64,000 nucleotides of DNA from Nitrosopumilus sp. Lineage in GTDB: Archaea > Thermoproteota > Nitrososphaeria > Nitrososphaerales > Nitrosopumilaceae. The number at the start of each line of letters is the position of its first letter. The stretch's first letter is position 1. The stretch is taken from assembly GCA_965206745.1 (NCBI GenBank), contig OZ242220.1, forward strand, positions 160,001-224,000. Reading direction: 5' to 3'. Shown here one piece after another: positions 51,684-61,458 of the stretch. A model generated the notes under the pieces. That model did not search any database. It saw only the letters and a list, made by a program, of their open reading frames with translations, and had not been told where the DNA came from. The position numbers were made by a program, and so were the translations under genes.

Positions 51684-52802
51684 ATGGACAAGAGGATTCT
51701 GGGCATAGCCGTGGCCGTAGTTCTGGGAATAGTACTGGCAGCTGCAATGGTATTGATATCCCCAAGTCCGGAAATCATCCCCCAAAAAACCAATGAAAAA
51801 ATTGGCCTTGTAATTAATTCCCCAAACCAGCCAACCACCTTGCCGGAACTAGACGGTGTTTATTCAGAGGCATCACACTCCGGAATCGGAAGAAGCAACG
51901 TCTACCTGTTTTGGAATCTGGTTGAGCCGGTGCGCGGGGAATATGACTGGCAACAGTCAGACACATTGATGAGCTTTAACAAAAAGAACAATCTCAAGGT
52001 AACCCTGTATTTTTCCATAATCAACGGTGAAACCCTTGGCCCCTTTCCGGACTGGATTGGAAAGCCGTCTCTCAACTCCATAGGCGAGGACCGAGTTGTA
52101 AGCGTGCTTGATGCGGTACTGGCAAGGTATGACATCATCGATACGGTAATTCTTTCCGGCCAGACTGAATCCCAATTCAGATTCCATGAGCAAAACATTC
52201 CTGTTTACAGGGAACTGTTCAATGGCGTATATGACAAAATCAAGGAAAAGCACCCTGAGGTGAGGATGGGAAACGCATTCTCGTTGGATCAGATTTTGAA
52301 TAAGAACCTGCAGTATATCGTGACAGACTTGTCCGTTGGTGATTTTATTGCCTTCTCCTATTCGCCAGTCGACATTCTAAATGATATTGTAAAAACCCCC
52401 CAGCAGGCAAAGGAAGATCTCCAACTGGTATTTGATCTGGCAGGAGATAACAAAGTCGGACTCTTTGAGATTAGCTGGAGCACGTCGGATTTTGTCGGGG
52501 GAAGTGAGGCAGCACAGACAGGGTTTCTAGAAAAATCCTTTGAATTTTACACCGAGAATGAACCAAAGATAGAATTTTTCACCTGGTACAGGCAGTATGA
52601 CCGACCTGAAGGAACTTGCATGGTTGAGGCGCCGACAATCGGGGATGACACCCTTGTAATCGGCGGTTCTGGCTTTGGAAGCAGCGAGCACGTGTCAGAA
52701 AGACTGAGTCACTACATTTGCAGTGCGGGCCTGTTTAACAATGATGGCAGCTCAAAGTCAAGCTGGAATGAATTTAAAAAGCAAATTGAAATGATCGGCT
52801 AA
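51684..52802 (+). CDS. Membrane-anchored hypothetical protein (glycoside-hydrolase-like TIM barrel possible)
   Basis: N-terminal TM; WNLVEPVRGEYDW motif. Confidence 0.65.
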   Translation: MDKRILGIAVAVVLGIVLAAAMVLISPSPEIIPQKTNEKIGLVINSPNQPTTLPELDGVYSEASHSGIGRSNVYLFWNLVEPVRGEYDWQQSDTLMSFNKKNNLKVTLYFSIINGETLGPFPDWIGKPSLNSIGEDRVVSVLDAVLARYDIIDTVILSGQTESQFRFHEQNIPVYRELFNGVYDKIKEKHPEVRMGNAFSLDQILNKNLQYIVTDLSVGDFIAFSYSPVDILNDIVKTPQQAKEDLQLVFDLAGDNKVGLFEISWSTSDFVGGSEAAQTGFLEKSFEFYTENEPKIEFFTWYRQYDRPEGTCMVEAPTIGDDTLVIGGSGFGSSEHVSERLSHYICSAGLFNNDGSSKSSWNEFKKQIEMIG

Positions 52803-52803
52803 A

Positions 52804-53472
52804 ATGATTTCCCTGATCCTCTCTGAATCCTCATTGGAGCTTGTTCCATCAGAATTAAGGCACCATCCATCGGTGGTTGCACACGCAAGAAAGCTTGGGA
52901 AGGACACATCGGAGATCTTGCTTGATAATTCCTGGCATTTTGCAGCCATGAAGGGAATTAAAGATGAGATGAAAAGGGGTCGGCCTGACCTGGTACATTT
53001 TTCAATACTTGAGGCCACAACCATCCCGTTATACCTTCAAAACAAGATGAAACTTTATGTTCACACACTTGATGACAGAGTAATATCGTTTGGAGAAAAC
53101 GTCCGCATTCCAAAATCATACCACCGATTTGAAGGAGTGATGGAGAAACTGTACCAAGAAGAGCAGATTGCAGCAAAAGGCGATGTTCTGTTGGAGATTA
53201 AGGAAAGATCGTTTTCTGAGCTCCTCGATGAGATCAATCCCTCGAGGATACTTGGCCTTTCAACAAAAGGCAGGAGGACCACGTATGAAAAAATTGCAAA
53301 GGAGATTGCCGGCGACTCCTGTATCGTGGTTGGAGGATTCCAGAAGGGACATTTCTCTGATTCAGTTGAGAACAAAATAACTGATCTCTGCTCTGTCGGC
53401 GATGAATCATTTGAGGGGCACGTTGTGGTGGCCAGAATGCTCTACGAGTGCGAAAAAACCATTTTTATGTAG
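52804..53472 (+). CDS. nep1: Nep1/Emg1 rRNA pseudouridine N1-methyltransferase
   Basis: LELVP, RGRPDLVH, RIPKSYHRF, VGGFQKGHF. Confidence 0.92.
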   Translation: MISLILSESSLELVPSELRHHPSVVAHARKLGKDTSEILLDNSWHFAAMKGIKDEMKRGRPDLVHFSILEATTIPLYLQNKMKLYVHTLDDRVISFGENVRIPKSYHRFEGVMEKLYQEEQIAAKGDVLLEIKERSFSELLDEINPSRILGLSTKGRRTTYEKIAKEIAGDSCIVVGGFQKGHFSDSVENKITDLCSVGDESFEGHVVVARMLYECEKTIFM

Positions 53473-53494
53473 GAAATCAAATTTCCACCTTATT

Positions 53495-53568
53495 GCAGTC
53501 ATAGTATAGCCTGGTTAGTATTCGGGGTTTCCAACCCTGTGACGCGGGTTCGAATCCCGCTGACTGCA
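53495..53568 (+). tRNA. tRNA-Gly (TCC)
   Basis: GCAGTCA/TGACTGC acceptor stem, anticodon loop TTTCCAA, GGTTCGAATCC T-loop. Confidence 0.95.
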
Positions 53569-53619
53569 TCTTTTGATATACATGAGAACCAATTTTTAGG
53601 CCAAGTTTCAGGTAATACC

Positions 53620-53922
53620 ATGAAACCCAATGTGAGAAAGATTGCAATGGAGCGAATGCAGATTCTTATTGACAGTGCAATTGGCAACGCAAAAAGTGAT
53701 CCCAAACTTTCTCAGAGACAGGCTTTTCTGGCACGAAGAATCAGCACCAGGCACAAAATTCGAATCCCGTACCATCTTAGAATGGTATTCTGCAAAAAAT
53801 GCAAGTCATTTATTGCGCCGGGGGTAAACTCTAGATTCCGTTTGGGAGGGGCATCTGTCAAGTCAATCAGAATATCCTGCAACTTGTGCGGGCATACTTA
53901 TCGCAAAATTATACCCAGGTGA
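53620..53922 (+). CDS. rnp4: RNase P protein subunit Rpp21
   Basis: IAMERMQIL, FCKKC, CNLCG. Confidence 0.9.
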   Translation: MKPNVRKIAMERMQILIDSAIGNAKSDPKLSQRQAFLARRISTRHKIRIPYHLRMVFCKKCKSFIAPGVNSRFRLGGASVKSIRISCNLCGHTYRKIIPR

Positions 53923-54119
53923 CTTGTCCTCGCAGCACCCAAAATTATAATCTCAAAGCTAGTCTTGTCAATGGTGGGTCTGCTGTTCCCATACACACAA
54001 CACCGCTTGGGATCCACAGCTGAGATCAAAGTCTTTGTAGATGCACCACGTATAATGGCAAAAAGCATGCCTTAGCCTATTTCATGCAAGGGGTGACTCA
54101 CTTTCAATTAAAACTGCAG

Positions 54120-54903
54120 ATGCCCAAGAATTCCCAATGACTGTCTTACAATGATAAAATTTCAATTACGACGAATCAACGGACAAAATCTCGTACCAAT
54201 GCACCTCTAATTGGAATCAATACGAGCATGACTCTGGTATTAATCAACTGATATTTTTGCAAAAGGACTTTCTCTCAAACAAGGGCATGATATTGATGTC
54301 CTTGTGGAGGGGACAGGTTCAAGATGGTTACTCTCTTGGCATCTCAATCTGATGAAAACATTATACGAGTAAACATTTCACATGAGGAACTCTTGTCAGT
54401 CAAGAACAGCTTGGATGTCACAAATGATGATGAATTTGATTTAATATTTGAGAACGGTCTTACTGCAAAAGTATTCTGGGATTAAAGTAGAGGGTGGTCA
54501 AAAAACTTTCCTCCCTTCCTTGATGTATGGTAGTACCGACGAAGATATTTTATTTGCACATGGCATTGCTGACTCCCCTGGGAGGAGGGATCTGGTCAAA
54601 TGTCGAAATTTCCGATGTCCATCTTTGACCTGCATGAAATCTACCTGGAACCTGTTTTAATTCCTGCTGGCAGGCAATATCAGTTAAGGATAATTCTGGC
54701 TGGCCATAATTTTGCAAAGTTTTTCACCTCAAAATCGGACTTTGATCCTGCTTCCAAGCCCGCAATACAAGAAGAAAAAGCTGCATCTGTCCTGCCTTGG
54801 ATAAAAAATAATGCCAGATGGCAGGCAGATTTCCGAAAGGGACTCTGTCAAAGGAATGGAATTTCTAGTTAGTCAAGGGATGATTGAAGTTGGAAAATTC
54901 TGA
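54120..54903 (+). pseudogene. Decayed paralog of the secreted MPFDW / PxWIKNNA surface proteins
   Basis: Fragments SYNDKIFNYDESTDKISY, LPWIKNNARW and (other frame) VKGMEFLVSQGMIEV, separated by stops and frameshifts. Confidence 0.65.
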
Positions 54904-54993
54904 CTCGTCTGATAATTTTACGCCAAATTACGTCAGATAAACTCGATGCAATATCTCAATGATTTATAAGACGATTATCGGGTTTTTGACTTT

Positions 54994-55446
54994 ATGGCAA
55001 AGGTATACGATGTACCGGCAGACAAACTGATAGGAAGACTATCCACAGTACTAAAGAGTGAGGATATTCCTGCACCCTCGTGGATACCATTTGTCAAGAC
55101 TGGAGCCCATGCAGATAAACCACCCCAAGACAGGGAATGGTGGCATACAAGATGCGCCTCAATTATGAGAAAAATTTACCTTAATGGCCCGATTGGGATT
55201 AACGCTTTACGAAATGACTACGGTGGCGGCAGACCGTCTGGGTATGGAGCCGCACATCACAGGGATGCCAGCGGTGCAATTATTCGCAATGCAATTCAGG
55301 GGTTGGAAAAACTCGGTTACTTGGAAAAAGTTGAAAAGAAGGGGAGAATCATCTCCAAGCAGGGAATGCAAAAACTAGACAGACTGGCAACTGAGATTCT
55401 CAAAGAACTGATTGTTGAAAACCCGCAATTAAAAATATATTCTTAG
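54994..55446 (+). CDS. rps19e: 30S ribosomal protein S19e
   Basis: VYDVPA, FVKTG, WWHTRCASIMRKIY. Confidence 0.96.
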   Translation: MAKVYDVPADKLIGRLSTVLKSEDIPAPSWIPFVKTGAHADKPPQDREWWHTRCASIMRKIYLNGPIGINALRNDYGGGRPSGYGAAHHRDASGAIIRNAIQGLEKLGYLEKVEKKGRIISKQGMQKLDRLATEILKELIVENPQLKIYS

Positions 55447-55453
55447 ATTCAAA

Positions 55454-55735
55454 ATGAGCTTCCCAGAATCCGGCGAACCTCCTAATCATGAGGCCAGCCA
55501 TGAATCAACTGCACAAAAGGAACAAATTCTAAAGCAGGTTCTGTCGCCTGAAGCTAGGCGGAGACTAAATAACATCAAAATGGTAAAACCTGAGCTTTCT
55601 GAGATGGTGGAGCAGTATCTGATTGGCATGGCAACACAAGGAAAAATTCCCGGCCAAGTCACCGATGAGCAATTAAAACAGATTTTGCTATCTACCCAGC
55701 AACCTAAACGTGATTTTAAGATAAATCGGATCTGA
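55454..55735 (+). CDS. PDCD5-family dsDNA-binding protein
   Basis: LSPEARRRLNNIKMVKPE; usual neighbour of rps19e. Confidence 0.9.
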   Translation: MSFPESGEPPNHEASHESTAQKEQILKQVLSPEARRRLNNIKMVKPELSEMVEQYLIGMATQGKIPGQVTDEQLKQILLSTQQPKRDFKINRI

Positions 55736-55776
55736 TCTAGAAAAAATATAATTATGGGAATAAAACCAGTTAATAC

Positions 55777-56856
55777 ATGAAAGCAGTTGTTTATAATGAA
55801 TATGCACCGGATGATAACTATGCTAAAATCCTCAAAGTCCAGGATATAGATGATCCAAAACCAAAGCCAGACCAAGTAGTTTTCAAGGTAAAGGCAGCGG
55901 CCCTTAACTACAATGATATCTGGGGAATGAGAGGCGTACCAGTTGCCGTTCCATTACCACACGTATCAGGCTCTGATGCCGCCGGAGACGTCATAGCGGT
56001 GGGAGAGGACGTCAAAAACATCAAAGTTGGGGACAGGGTAGTATCTCACTCCAACATGTCCTGCAGAGTCTGCAAAGCATGTACTGATGGACGAGAATTT
56101 GACTGTGTAAATAGAACCATCTGGGGATTTCAAACTGGTCCTACATGGGGTGCATTTCAAGAAGTCACCCACCTGCCTGAGGTGAATATCTCAAAAATTC
56201 CAGAGGGCCTATCATACGAGGATGCAGCAGCTGCGTCAATGACCATCTTGACGTCATGGCACATGCTTGTAGGAAGGGCAAAGATCACGCCAGGACAGAC
56301 CGTCTTGATTATGGGTGGCGGTTCTGGAGTTGGAAGCTTTGGAATTCAGATTGCAAAACTATACAATTGTGATGTAATTGCAACTGCCAGTCCAGACAAA
56401 CTTGACAAATGCCTGGAACTTGGGGCAGATTATGCCGTCGATCACAGAAAGGAAGACTGGCATAAGGAAGTCAGGGGAATTACAAAAGAGTTGGCCAAGA
56501 AAAAAGGCGAGGTGCCTGGAATCGACGTATCCTTTGATCACATCGGTGAGACACACTGGAACAAGCAACTCACCCTGCTCAAATACGGCGCAACGCTAGT
56601 CTCCTGCGGAGCAACCACAGGTTACAATGCACAAACTGATCTTAGACACGTATTCTTCAAAGGAACCAACATCTTGGGTTCGACTCAGGGAACCAAGGCA
56701 GAACTTGATCAGGCCTTGTATTGGATGGGTCAAGGAAAAATCAAAGCCGCAATTGACTCAACGTACACGTTTGAGCAGGCAGCCGAGGCCCACACAAAGA
56801 TGTTAACTGGAAAGGGTCTCTTTGGTAAAATCCTGCTAAAGCCAGAGGGCGTCTAG
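55777..56856 (+). CDS. Zn-containing medium-chain dehydrogenase/reductase
   Basis: GSDAAG, CRVCKAC...C structural Zn site, GGGSGVG. Confidence 0.9.
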   Translation: MKAVVYNEYAPDDNYAKILKVQDIDDPKPKPDQVVFKVKAAALNYNDIWGMRGVPVAVPLPHVSGSDAAGDVIAVGEDVKNIKVGDRVVSHSNMSCRVCKACTDGREFDCVNRTIWGFQTGPTWGAFQEVTHLPEVNISKIPEGLSYEDAAAASMTILTSWHMLVGRAKITPGQTVLIMGGGSGVGSFGIQIAKLYNCDVIATASPDKLDKCLELGADYAVDHRKEDWHKEVRGITKELAKKKGEVPGIDVSFDHIGETHWNKQLTLLKYGATLVSCGATTGYNAQTDLRHVFFKGTNILGSTQGTKAELDQALYWMGQGKIKAAIDSTYTFEQAAEAHTKMLTGKGLFGKILLKPEGV

Positions 56857-56863
56857 TCATTTA

Positions 56864-57718
56864 ATGACTCAGCTTTTTCGCAGTCTTATTTTCGTCCCTG
56901 GAAATAATTCTAGATTCTTAGAAAAAGCAAAAACCCTTCAGGCAGACATTGTCTGCTTTGATTTGGAGGACTCTGTTCCGGACGATGAGAAGGCAAATGC
57001 GCGAGGGCTGATAAAGTCCGCGCTGAAAAGTAGGAAATCATACAAGTCTCCAATCTTTGTCAGGACAAACTCCCCAAACTCGGGAAAAATCCCGTCAGAT
57101 CTCAAGGAGGTTCTTCAGAAGGGAATTGACGGCATTGTAATCCCCAAGGTTAACAACGTAAGGGAGATGCAGAGAATTGTAAAAATATTGTCTGACTTGG
57201 AAAAAACCCGAAGACTAAAACCCGTTCAAATCATTCCTTCGATTGAGTCTGCAGAAGGAGTAGTCAATGCCTTTAGCATCGCATCCTTTGGAAAGCGGGT
57301 GTCTGCCATGGTTTTTGGCGTTTTTGATCTGTTAAATGACTTGGGAGTGGAATACACAAAAGATCCTGAGGGCCAAAAATACTCTAGGCAAAAGATACCT
57401 GTGGATGCACATGCGGCCGGGATATCCGTGATTGACTCCATCTGGCAGGATCTCAAGGATCCAAAGGGATTGGAAAAGGATTGCAAATTAGGAAAGAGTC
57501 TCGGATACAATGGGAAGAGCATCATTCATCCGGATCAGATACCTGTTGTGCACAGATCATTTTATCCAAGCAAAAATGAAATTTCTTGGGCTGAGAAGGT
57601 GTGCAAAATTTATCTTGAATCAGCAAAGAAAGGTAGGGGGGCTACAACCGTGGAGGGAAAAATGATAGACGAGGTACATTTCAAGCAGGCAAAGGCCCTA
57701 CTTGAGATTGTAAAATGA
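56864..57718 (+). CDS. CitE/HpcH-family CoA-ester lyase
   Basis: RSLIFVPG, DLEDSV, IESAEG, GKSIIHPDQI, GKMIDEVH. Confidence 0.9.
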   Translation: MTQLFRSLIFVPGNNSRFLEKAKTLQADIVCFDLEDSVPDDEKANARGLIKSALKSRKSYKSPIFVRTNSPNSGKIPSDLKEVLQKGIDGIVIPKVNNVREMQRIVKILSDLEKTRRLKPVQIIPSIESAEGVVNAFSIASFGKRVSAMVFGVFDLLNDLGVEYTKDPEGQKYSRQKIPVDAHAAGISVIDSIWQDLKDPKGLEKDCKLGKSLGYNGKSIIHPDQIPVVHRSFYPSKNEISWAEKVCKIYLESAKKGRGATTVEGKMIDEVHFKQAKALLEIVK

Positions 57719-57719
57719 T

Positions 57720-57970
57720 TGCATTTCTGCGAGTCCTTCAAATGGATCAACTGTTGATTTCCGAGTCCTGAAAATCCCCTTTGCCTTAGAGTCCGTGGTT
57801 TTTTTAACTTTGATGGCAAAGGCGCAATTATCCTGTAAGGCCTACAGACTAGGTGAGTACCCTGATAGGAAACCCGCAGTATCCCAAGGAAAACAGATTC
57901 AGCGAGGACCAGCCATGATGCGGTTATTTCCTGGGTTCTAAATGAGATACTTTGCAGAGTACTGGAACGA
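57720..57970 (-). ncRNA. Candidate structured non-coding RNA of unknown family
   Basis: Nested complementary segments with G-U pairs favouring the minus strand; TTTAAATA box on the minus strand at ~57989-57996; no convincing ORF. Confidence 0.5.
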
Positions 57971-58037
57971 ATATTTTTCAAAGTTGCTATTTAAATTAGA
58001 ATGGATTAAAGATGATGAATTCCTTACAAATTATAGC

Positions 58038-58739
58038 ATGGTAGATCTTTTAGATCCTTCAAACGTAATTACTAGGATGTTTAACAATCAACAATACGAT
58101 GACATGTACGTCTATTGCAAAAAGATGCTTGAAAAGGCACCTGATGACATGGTCGCATTACAGAACATCTCACTATCTCTGATTTATTTGAAAAAATATG
58201 AGGAGGCCATTGACTACTGCAATCAGGTTCTAGCAATAAAGGACTCTGATGCATACGCACTCAAAAACAAGATTTTTGCACTTGAAAATCTGAAACAATA
58301 CGAGCAAGTACTCAAGCTGTGCCAGGAAGCCCTTCGGACCAATCCGAAAGATATCTGGATCCTAAACAGCATGGGGCTTTCTCTAAACGAGTTGAATCGT
58401 CACAAGGAGGCCCTCAAATGCTACGAGACATCGCTTCTAGTGGATTCAAAAGATGTTACGGCCTTGATGAACAAGGCCATCTCCCTGAGCCATCTGGGTA
58501 ATTATCAGGAAGCCATCAATTACTATGACAAGGCACAAATGATTGATTCAACGTTAAGGGAACTGCCGCTGGCAAAGTCTCAGTTATTTGAAAAATTGGG
58601 CATGGCAGACGATGCATTTTTGGCTGCGCAAGGCATTCTCAACAAAGACATGGAAAAAATCAAGAATGATGCCCGAGAGAATAGGTGCTCTATCTTTCAC
58701 CAACTGTGTGATGATGAATTCAAAAAATTCAGCAGCTGA
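58038..58739 (+). CDS. Tetratricopeptide-repeat protein
   Basis: Repeated L..L..Y.EA...Y...L...P TPR consensus. Confidence 0.88.
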   Translation: MVDLLDPSNVITRMFNNQQYDDMYVYCKKMLEKAPDDMVALQNISLSLIYLKKYEEAIDYCNQVLAIKDSDAYALKNKIFALENLKQYEQVLKLCQEALRTNPKDIWILNSMGLSLNELNRHKEALKCYETSLLVDSKDVTALMNKAISLSHLGNYQEAINYYDKAQMIDSTLRELPLAKSQLFEKLGMADDAFLAAQGILNKDMEKIKNDARENRCSIFHQLCDDEFKKFSS

Positions 58740-58764
58740 TCTATATCTAATTCTGTATAATCTT

Positions 58765-58811
58765 GACTCTGATCACAAATGGTGATCTGATTACTGTATT
58801 TTACCAGAGCC
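58765..58811. repeat. 47-bp imperfect palindrome, copy 3
   Basis: GACTCTGATCACAAATGGTGATC-T-GATTACTGTATTTTACCAGAGCC. Confidence 0.8.
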
Positions 58812-58901
58812 ACATAAGATCTATCTGTGACAGGACTCAATCTTTCTGAATACATGGTAAATCTTTTATTGCATCAAATTATGAAAATTTCATTGAATAG
58901 G
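58812..58901 (+). repeat. ~90-bp promoter/start region duplicated at 63362..63451
   Basis: aagatctatctgtgacagga...cattgaata at offset 4550. Confidence 0.8.
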
Positions 58902-60950
58902 GTTTTTGTGTTATTAATGGCACTATTTTTGGTTACTTCGGTAGGCCTGGGATCAGCTTATGCTCAAAGTTATAGGGATATTATGCAAGAGTGGCATGAT
59001 TACATCCAATCATACGAGGATTATGTGAAAGAATACGGTCAATACGTGGAAAAACATGAAGATTATGTGGGAGAATACAAGAGCCATATGAAAAAATACG
59101 AAATATGGGACGTTAGCATCGTCAACAATCTAGAATCAGATGATAAAGGTGTGAAAGCCGAGTTTGTTAAAATGAAATCACAATTAAGTAAAATGACGTC
59201 GGGAATTAAAACAGAACTCAAAGTTGTAGAGCCAAGAGGACCAATAGAACCTACAGAGCAGAGAGGACCCATAGAGCCAACAGAACCAAGAGGACCAATA
59301 GAACCCACAGAGCCTACCACTAAACCCAAAGTTGTAGAACCCACAGAGCCTACCACTAAACCCAAAGTTGTAGAACCCACAGAGCCTACCACTAAACCCA
59401 AAGTTGTAGAACCTGCTAAACCCAAAGTTGTAGAACCCACAGAGCCTACCACTAAACCCAAAGTTGTAGAACCAACAGAGCCAACCACTACGCCTTCTAT
59501 CGTGGAATCTGATCCAACACCAACACCTCAGACAGGCAACACCACAGCACCTGATCCAGCTCCTGTACCTACAGGCAACACCACAGCACCTGATCCAGCT
59601 CCTGTACCTACAGGCAACACCACAGCACCTGATCCAGCTCCTGTACCTACAGGCAACACCACAGCACCTGATCCAGCTCCTGTACCTACAGGCAACACCA
59701 CAGCACCTGATCCAGCTCCTGTACCTACAGGCAACACCACAGCACCTGATCCAGCTCCTGTACCTACAGGCAACACCACAGCACCTGATCCAGCTCCTGT
59801 ACCTCAAACAGACAACTCCACAGACACAGCACCACCAACCAGCAACGAACCTATGGAATTGTATTACGAAGATGGAAGTTTGCAATCACGTGAAGAATAT
59901 TATGAGGACGGACAAAAGAAAAAGATTACAGAATATCATCCAAATGGAGCAGTCACCGGAGAAGAAAAATGGTATGAGGATGGAACTCCAATGTCAACTC
60001 TTGGTTATAGTAATAATGGGCAACTGACCCGAGAATATCGAGTTGATGAGGATGGTACAGTCACAGTTAATGCATGGTATAATTCCGATGGGAGTTTAGA
60101 TGAAGTTGAAGAACATTATGAAAATGGACAAATAAAAAAGAAGACACAATATCATGGTGATGAAATCCTCCGTCAAGTAGAACAATGGTATGAGAATGGA
60201 CAAGTAATGTCATATATTGAGTATTATCAGAATGGACAACTCCAACAACAATATCAAATTGATGAGAATAGAAAAAACACAATGTGGGTAAAATACTATG
60301 AGAGCGGACAACTACAAGAAGAGTTTCAATATTATGAAAATGGAAATCCAAAGTTTTACAAAGAGTATACTGCGAATGGTAACCTAGACCTAGAAATACT
60401 CTATTATGAAAATGGAAATGAGAAATCACACAGATCATATACTAACGGACAAATAGATCGTGTAACAGACTATTATGAAAATGGTCAATTTGTATCCGGG
60501 TATGATATAAATGGTAATCCTGCACCATATCATACTGATACAACATCACCTAACAAATGGTATGATAGACATGGAAATTTGGAATATTATGAAGAATATT
60601 ATGATGATGGATCAAAGAAAAAGAAGATAACATATCATCCAGATGGAGGTGGTGTTAAAAGAGTAGAACAATTGGATGAGAATGGACAAATCAGTAGCTG
60701 GATCAGGTATGATCGGAATGGATCACTGGACGAAGAATATCGAACTGATGAAAATGGAAAAATCTTAGTTAATGTACATTATCATGATAATGGACAAATA
60801 AGTTATGAATCCCTATATCATGAAAATGGTGAAATAAAAATTTATAACGTTTATTATGAAGATGGGACTTTGAAATCAGAATCGTTTTATAATGAAAATG
60901 GAAATTTCGAATCAAAGAAAGAATATGATGTGAACGGAGAACTAAAATAA
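58881..60950 (+). CDS. Secreted protein with Pro/Thr-rich stalk and C-terminal MORN2/YwqK-like repeats
   Basis: Signal peptide (SAYA-Q), EPTEPTTKPKVV and TGNTTAPDPAPVP repeats, YYENGQ repeats; start may be TTG 58893. Confidence 0.85.
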   Translation: MKISLNRVFVLLMALFLVTSVGLGSAYAQSYRDIMQEWHDYIQSYEDYVKEYGQYVEKHEDYVGEYKSHMKKYEIWDVSIVNNLESDDKGVKAEFVKMKSQLSKMTSGIKTELKVVEPRGPIEPTEQRGPIEPTEPRGPIEPTEPTTKPKVVEPTEPTTKPKVVEPTEPTTKPKVVEPAKPKVVEPTEPTTKPKVVEPTEPTTTPSIVESDPTPTPQTGNTTAPDPAPVPTGNTTAPDPAPVPTGNTTAPDPAPVPTGNTTAPDPAPVPTGNTTAPDPAPVPTGNTTAPDPAPVPTGNTTAPDPAPVPQTDNSTDTAPPTSNEPMELYYEDGSLQSREEYYEDGQKKKITEYHPNGAVTGEEKWYEDGTPMSTLGYSNNGQLTREYRVDEDGTVTVNAWYNSDGSLDEVEEHYENGQIKKKTQYHGDEILRQVEQWYENGQVMSYIEYYQNGQLQQQYQIDENRKNTMWVKYYESGQLQEEFQYYENGNPKFYKEYTANGNLDLEILYYENGNEKSHRSYTNGQIDRVTDYYENGQFVSGYDINGNPAPYHTDTTSPNKWYDRHGNLEYYEEYYDDGSKKKKITYHPDGGGVKRVEQLDENGQISSWIRYDRNGSLDEEYRTDENGKILVNVHYHDNGQISYESLYHENGEIKIYNVYYEDGTLKSESFYNENGNFESKKEYDVNGELK
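59532..59804. repeat. 7 x 39-bp perfect tandem repeat (TGNTTAPDPAPVP)
   Basis: acaggcaacaccacagcacctgatccagctcctgtacct x7; 36-bp EPTEPTTKPKVV repeats lie upstream at ~59300-59490. Confidence 0.93.
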
Positions 60951-61027
60951 GATTTTAAATCCATGGGCTCTGTCAAATCTTTGGGATCTAGACCCCAAAT
61001 ACGGATCTTTGAATTCAAAAAATCTCC

Positions 61028-61071
61028 GACTTTTAAACATCGAGATCTAATCACTGTTTTGCACCAGCGCC
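61028..61071. repeat. Decayed copy 4 of the 47-bp palindrome
   Basis: GAGATCTAATCACTGTTTTGCACCAGCGCC matches the centre and right arm. Confidence 0.45.
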
Positions 61072-61074
61072 ACC

Positions 61075-61336
61075 GGATCCCTTTGGCTGTGTCTGATCAT
61101 CCTTTCTCTTTTGACGTCTTTCTTGTTTCTCCTTGTCTATATGCAAGTGAATTGGCAGATGGCGGTGAGCTTGAATTTCCATAGTAATTTATCTTGGCAG
61201 CAAGTGTGTTGATCTATCTTTGTAACTGTGTAACCATTGCAGGATTGTCCATTTGGCTCTTTTGTCGGATTATGATATCGCTGAGCTTTTGCACGACAAT
61301 CTCAAGCTCCCTGTTTGTAGGTCTTTTGCCCTTCAT
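61075..61336 (-). mobile_element. Probable IS66-family transposase N-terminal remnant
   Basis: MKGKRPTNRELE...QLQR*INTLAAKINYYGNSSSPPSANSL: coiled-coil then NSSxPPS motif, with an in-frame stop; no DDE domain. Confidence 0.5.
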
Positions 61337-61458
61337 GACTGTAATGTATGGTCATGATTAATGGATCATAATGCTTGTTGATAAGATTGTGAGAATAGGT
61401 GACCTCAGACGAACTTTGCTTCGAATTATTTTAATATCTTATATTTTACAAATTTGCA

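Noticed and set aside
53495-53568. tRNA-Gly as an integration site for a mobile element
   Set aside because: No duplicated tRNA 3' end or integrase seen; the immediate neighbours are core genes.
57720-57970. RNase P RNA, SRP RNA, group I intron or hammerhead
   Set aside because: Diagnostic motifs are absent or out of order (R-like CAGACTA precedes Q-like CCCGCAG; CTGATAGGAAA has no stem II). Kept only as an unknown candidate RNA.
59063-59885. Minus-strand ORFs with CCGVACRYRSWIR or GSVGSTTLG repeats (also 30020..30274 and 31013..31432)
   Set aside because: Antisense shadows of coding tandem repeats.
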